From NCBI RefSeq assembly GCF_001194135.2, contig NC_069000.1, forward strand, positions 16,991,032 through 17,023,157: a DNA stretch of 32,126 nt, given 5' to 3'. The notes beneath the pieces are model-generated. The model was not told the origin of the DNA and searched no databases. It saw nothing but the letters and a program-made list of their open reading frames with translations. Numbering within the stretch: the stretch's first letter is position 1; every line of letters begins with the position of its first letter. Source of the stretch: Octopus bimaculoides. Taxonomy: Eukaryota. The position numbers and the translations under genes are program-made. Shown here in pieces: positions 1 to 32,126 of this stretch.

Positions 1-142
1 TATATATATATATATATATTGTCTGTACATGTGTAACAACGTGAATTGGTAACGAATGGCTAATGATATACACAGTACAGTATTGTGAATGGTTATCAAC
101 GTGAATAGTACAATGGTTGACCAATAACCGGCCACTACTTAC

Positions 143-27364
<27,222 letters not shown>

Positions 27365-27827
27365 TTTGGGGTGTTCTGAAAATGAAGAAGAACAGGGAAC
27401 AATGAAGGGCAGTAATTATCAATTACATAATTCTAGGGTCGTTTTTATACACATATATGTATATATATGTACTATGTATGTGTATGTTCTCGAGCTTATG
27501 TATAAACGTCTTCGAATTTTCCCAAAAGAAAAAAAATAAAAGACTGCTTAACTTTTCACATCCTTATATCGTTATGACTAGCGTTTGAGAGTCAATTTAT
27601 GTGTTTGTTAAAGTAACCAAGTACATTTTCTTCTGTAGAGAAAGGTCGACTCACATGACGCATGCGAGTTAGAAAGATGCGTATTGAATAGGGTGAAGCA
27701 GTCACGTGACATTTTTCGAAATAAACGCTGACAGATAAGCCATGTGACGCATTTGAATTATCATATGTATATTGTATTCTCCATAACGTTCGTGTGAAAG
27801 GGTTATGGGATCATAGAGAGTTGGTGC

Positions 27828-29107
27828 CACTACTTATTGTATACCTATCAACATACTTTTAAGTAAACACATTTTCTCACATGGGCTAGGTGACCTTTCA
27901 AGATATCAATTTTAGGAAGTAGGATAGGGAAAATTGACCCCAAAAATACGTCAAATCAGTCTCAATGAGCTCAAAAGCTTCTTAACAAAACAGAAATACC
28001 CCTTATAATTAATAAACAATGGAATTAAAATGGCAATGAAGCTGAGCATCACACAACTAAGTAAACCAAAGGAGAAAAAAATTAATGAACACACGATTCC
28101 ATTTACCAATACGCACAATCCTGGTGTAGCCAGCATCTTTCTCACCATAATATCAAACCTACCAATACTTCTATAAAGCCCCAAAATGAAAAATCTGATT
28201 GATAAATACCCCTTACGAAACAGTAGACACCAGCCAAAAAATCTCAAAAATCGCCTCACAAGAGCAAAATTCACATCAGAGATTGAATCAGAATTCTCCG
28301 TAAAAGAATGTGAAAATAGCAGATGTGGAACATGCAGCAACAACAACAGCTTCAAATATTTAGAAAGTGATTCCCACATAAAACCCAAGAGTGGATTCTC
28401 GTTCAAAGTAAATGCAGATATGAACTGCAAGACACAAAATCTCATATACTGCATTACTTACCCCAACTGCAAGGAAAATTATATTGGCAAAACAAATAAT
28501 CCCTCTGCCGACGTGCAATAATCCACAGACAACATATCCGACAAGAAGAATTGCGCAAGATTCCACTGACAAATATGCGGTGAAATACGCGGTGAAGGAA
28601 AGTTCAAAATCTTTCCCTCTTACAAATGTTCAAGAAATGACCCAAAGTTCCGAAAGGCAATAGAGCTGCACCTCATCAAAAAATTCTTTTCAAAATCAAA
28701 TGTTTGAAAGAGAAGCAGGGGAACTGCATCTTGTCAAAAAGATTGGAAAGAGAAGCAGAGACAATATTCATGAACACTCCTCCAAACGAAACAAACTATG
28801 AACACTACATGGTTAGCTCACACAGACGCTGTGCCCAGCAAATACGACTGATGAGAAATAATGCAAATGAATGCTCCAATGAACGCTATATTTCTGTCTA
28901 ACAATATTCAAATACCATGTAAAGTGACATCAATGTATACCAGCTGGTTTTGGTGTGTCAAGAGAGCTTCTTCGAAGTCATTTTACCACTTTATTATGTT
29001 TTTAATAGTAATGATGATGGATGAAGAGAAAACATTTATATTACACTGTTACTGCTGTTTTTGAATGTGGCTCCAACGTTAATAACGTGATACTCATCTC
29101 TATAAAT

Positions 29108-29143
<36 letters not shown>

Positions 29144-29793
29144 CATTCGGATTTTGACAACAGTTGTTCTTATAGAACTTACATATACATGAGAAAGAAT
29201 ACTAGAACCATTTTACCATTGATTAGGAAAGATATCTAATGTAGCTACTTGGCAAAGTGATTCGGAGAAAAGATCTCTTTTGAATTATCATATCCAAGCT
29301 AGCAAGAAAAAGAAAATGAAATCCTACAAAAGGATGAAAGACACTCAAAAATATATTTAAGCAGACCCTATTTTGTTAAATAATTTATGACCTACAAGGT
29401 GGCTTCCAGCTAAATACACAATGTGCATGTTATTACACGACTCATTTATGATGTTTGATTAAATGTACATAGAGAACAGATTGAATTACAAACAGTACCG
29501 AACTCAAATTATCTTTTATATTCTGACTTTATTTTCTTAATTTATGAATATTGTACTAATATTTAATGTTTATTCGTGCAAAGCATGGAATTATACAGAA
29601 TATGGGATTTTACTATACAAGTGTAAAGGAATATACATTTTCATGGGACTTCGAAATCATTTTTACCTTCAGTGATGACTTTTCTTATCTTTCCCATCCT
29701 ACTTCCTAAAATTGACATCTTGAAAGGTCACCTAACCCTTGTGAGAAAGTATGTTTATTTACAAATATAGCGATAAGTATACAATGAGTAGGG
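27828..29793. repeat. Pair of about 104-bp imperfect inverted repeats (27828-27931 / 29690-29793) enclosing the Penelope relic
   Basis: ctact(t/c)attgtatac...tttctcaca.ggg.taggtgacctttcaagat.tcaattttaggaagtaggat.gg is seen on both strands; no TSD found. Confidence 0.8.
27950..28900 (+). mobile_element. Penelope-like element relic (RT thumb/linker + GIY-YIG endonuclease; Neptune-like Cys linker)
   Basis: LTKQKYP, IPFTNTHNP, SRHQPKNLKNRLTRAKF, CENSRCGTC, NCKTQNLIYCITYPNCKENYIGKT; in-frame stops and a frameshift. Confidence 0.88.
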
Positions 29794-29898
29794 AAAGAGG
29801 AAGAGAAAACTAGAAGGAAAAAGAAAATGCTTTGTAATGAAATTTCATTGAGTTGACCACATCAAATTGAACAGAAACCTCTCCCTCCCTCCCTCCTA

Positions 29899-29971
<73 letters not shown>

Positions 29972-30030
29972 GTGATGAGTGTTACGACGGCCCCTTGCGA
30001 GAGATAGACTGGTCCGAGTAAAGTATAAAT

Positions 30031-30239
30031 TGTAACGATCCGTGTGAGTTCAGAATGCGGAGTCGAGTGAAGTTCGTGTTAATTCGCAGTGAAGTCAAAA
30101 TGTGCCGATTGGTTAGTTCACAAAGAAAATTGATTGTTGGTTCGTGAAGAGATCTGATACTTCGTTACATTGTTGTTTGCTATTGTCTGGTTATCTTATT
30201 TATTGTGCGTAACAAATCACGTTACATCTGGCGACGAGG
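30031..30239 (+). mobile_element. 5' LTR (30031-30226) plus PBS (30229-30239) of a truncated LTR retrotransposon, probably Gypsy/Mag-like
   Basis: TGTAACG...CGTTACA inverted termini, a 2-nt spacer, then TGGCGACGAGG complementary to the 3' end of tRNA-Ser(GCU). No gag/pol and no second LTR seen. Confidence 0.7.
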
Positions 30240-30639
30240 GTTTCGATGCTCACAAAGGTTATTTTACAGTTTGTTCGTGATACAACTTGTTAAATAAAGA
30301 AAGATCTATTAGCCTTCATAATACAGTTGCAAAAGCAGCAACAAGAGCAGCAACAGTAGTTGCAGAAGCAACTATTACAGCAACAATTACAGCAACAACA
30401 ATCATTGGAGCTATATTCAAAAAGTTCAAAAAGGAGGTAAGATCGTTTTCACCGGGAACATAATATCCATCTAAATATTTGTTTACGATATATATCATGG
30501 TATATACACATCCGAATTCTGGTGTAGTACACAGTTGCTTTGCCCCAATCAAGAAGGTGGTTGGACTCGGTTTTCCCACCCGCCTACTTGTTAAGACCAT
30601 ATTGATGGCGTACTTTGTTTTGTGACTGAGATCACAACA

Positions 30640-30870
30640 ATCCCTTGAACAGTCCGTGGCAAGATTCAAGACCAGCAATTTGTAAGGGATAAGTCGATTG
30701 CATTGACCCCAGTATTTCACTGGTACTTTATCTTATCAACCCCTCCCCCACCCCCAAGGGATAAAAATCAAAACTGACCTCGGAGGAATATCAACTCAGA
30801 ACTTAAAGAACCGGAAGAAATTCTGCTAAGCATTTCATCCGACATTCTAATAATGTCTACTCACCGCCTT
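30640..30870 (-). mobile_element. SINE family 2
   Basis: gaccccagta, ctgacctcggaggaat, gctaagcattt, ctcaccgcctt. Confidence 0.7.
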
Positions 30871-31012
30871 ATACAGAGTGGGATAATGAGAAAGAGAAAA
30901 CAAAAGTGCATAGAATGCCCGAAATTGAGGGTACGTACATAGTAACTTTGTATTTTGAGAGTATAGTGCAAAGAAGTTGTTAAGCATCTCTTGAAAACGA
31001 CGTTTTCATTTT

Positions 31013-31210
31013 TATTTTTACTCCCTCCGTCTTAGCGAAGGCGGAAGTATTGTTTTCAGTTCCGTTTGTTTGTTTGTTTGTTTGTCCGTGGACGAGATAT
31101 CTCAAGAACCGCTGGGTGGATTCGGATGAAACTTTCAGGGATATTTGACCTCCTGACTGGCACAAACTGATTAGATTTTGGAATCGATCCGGTACCGGAC
31201 AAGGATTCTG
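31013..31210 (+). mobile_element. DINE-1/HINE-like non-autonomous (Helentron-type) element
   Basis: T-rich start, hairpin ctccgtctt-agcg-aaggcggaa, ttgttttc, (GTTT)n/GTCC microsatellite, atgaaacttt core. Confidence 0.5.
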
Positions 31211-31239
31211 TTTGAGCTACATGAAAATTTCAGCAGGTC

Positions 31240-31437
31240 TATTTTTTAGGGGTTTAGAGCCAAAAATCTTAACCGAAATTAAAATTCATATGATAAAAGT
31301 TAGCGGTTATCATTCAGCGTTAGCTTCCGCTAATTTGTGCACTTATTTAGTGGTTTAGCGTTTGCGAAATTAACTATTCTAGTTAGCGGATTAATGCCTA
31401 GCGAAGCTAACTTTTTGGTTAGCTGTGCCCACCACTG
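31240..31437 (-). mobile_element. One end of a hAT-like MITE
   Basis: Terminus CAGTGGTGGGCAC on the minus strand with many subterminal ttagc/gctaa repeats; other end not seen. Confidence 0.4.
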
Positions 31438-31454
31438 CATAAATGTATATATAC

Positions 31455-31495
<41 letters not shown>

Positions 31496-31509
31496 CATAC
31501 ATACATACA

Positions 31510-31541
<32 letters not shown>

Positions 31542-32126
31542 CACATACACACACATACCAATATACATACATTACATACATATATACATATGTATGTGTG
31601 TGTGCCTGTCTGACTGTCTGTATGTATGTCTGTTTCTATAGCTTTGTTTATGACCTTGATAATACAAGAAACAGGTAATGTATTATGGCAACGTGAACTG
31701 CAACATAAACTAGTTACAGACTTTTGATTCTCGTTTGTAGCCATTTCATTCAGTTGTTCTCTGGGAAAATCATGATCAAAATATAAATTTAATACGTCAT
31801 CCGTTATAAATAATACCGCCCTTCGTCAGTTCGACACCCACAACCTGGGAAATTAGGTCATCCTACCGCAGCCCCTTCACTCCCTGTATGAAAAATCTGC
31901 GGTCTATGTTAAAAATTTCGCCAACTCTTAAAAGTTACATCAACCAGCAAAACTTTTCGCCATCCTGCCTAGTCCATCCCATTGTGACCTTCACACGCCC
32001 GCACACACACACACACACACGCACACACACACACACACACACACTTGTTACGAATTTTGCTCACTTTAATTACATCTTTTGTCTTTTTTTACCTGTGTCA
32101 GTCATTGGATTGCGACCATGCTGGGG

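Noticed and set aside
28848-28860. CTGATGA in the PLE 3' region as a hammerhead
   Set aside because: No stem II followed by GAAA and stem III in the right geometry.

Overview
AT-rich, microsatellite-dense eukaryotic genomic DNA with nine N-gaps. The SINE families look like those of octopod cephalopods (recognition only, not verifiable here). The window is dominated by one minus-strand gene that the ORF track does not resolve. I assembled 18 coding exons by hand (27364 down to 143; GT-AG junctions, one weak donor; frame preserved; 2128 nt, about 709 codons). They encode a signal peptide, five atypical Cys-containing cadherin repeats and an Ig-like domain on a phase 1-1 exon; the gene runs off the window start. 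The introns hold many mobile elements: a possibly full-length Tc1 element, two mariner relics, two RLE-type non-LTR fragments embedded in different microsatellites, a Penelope-like GIY-YIG relic between inverted repeats, an LTR with a PBS, MITEs and tRNA-derived SINEs. Several small (TA)n-associated repeats carry minimal type I hammerhead-ribozyme-like motifs. The most notable items are the cadherin+Ig architecture, the hammerhead-bearing repeats, and the (CATA)n-embedded retrotransposon.
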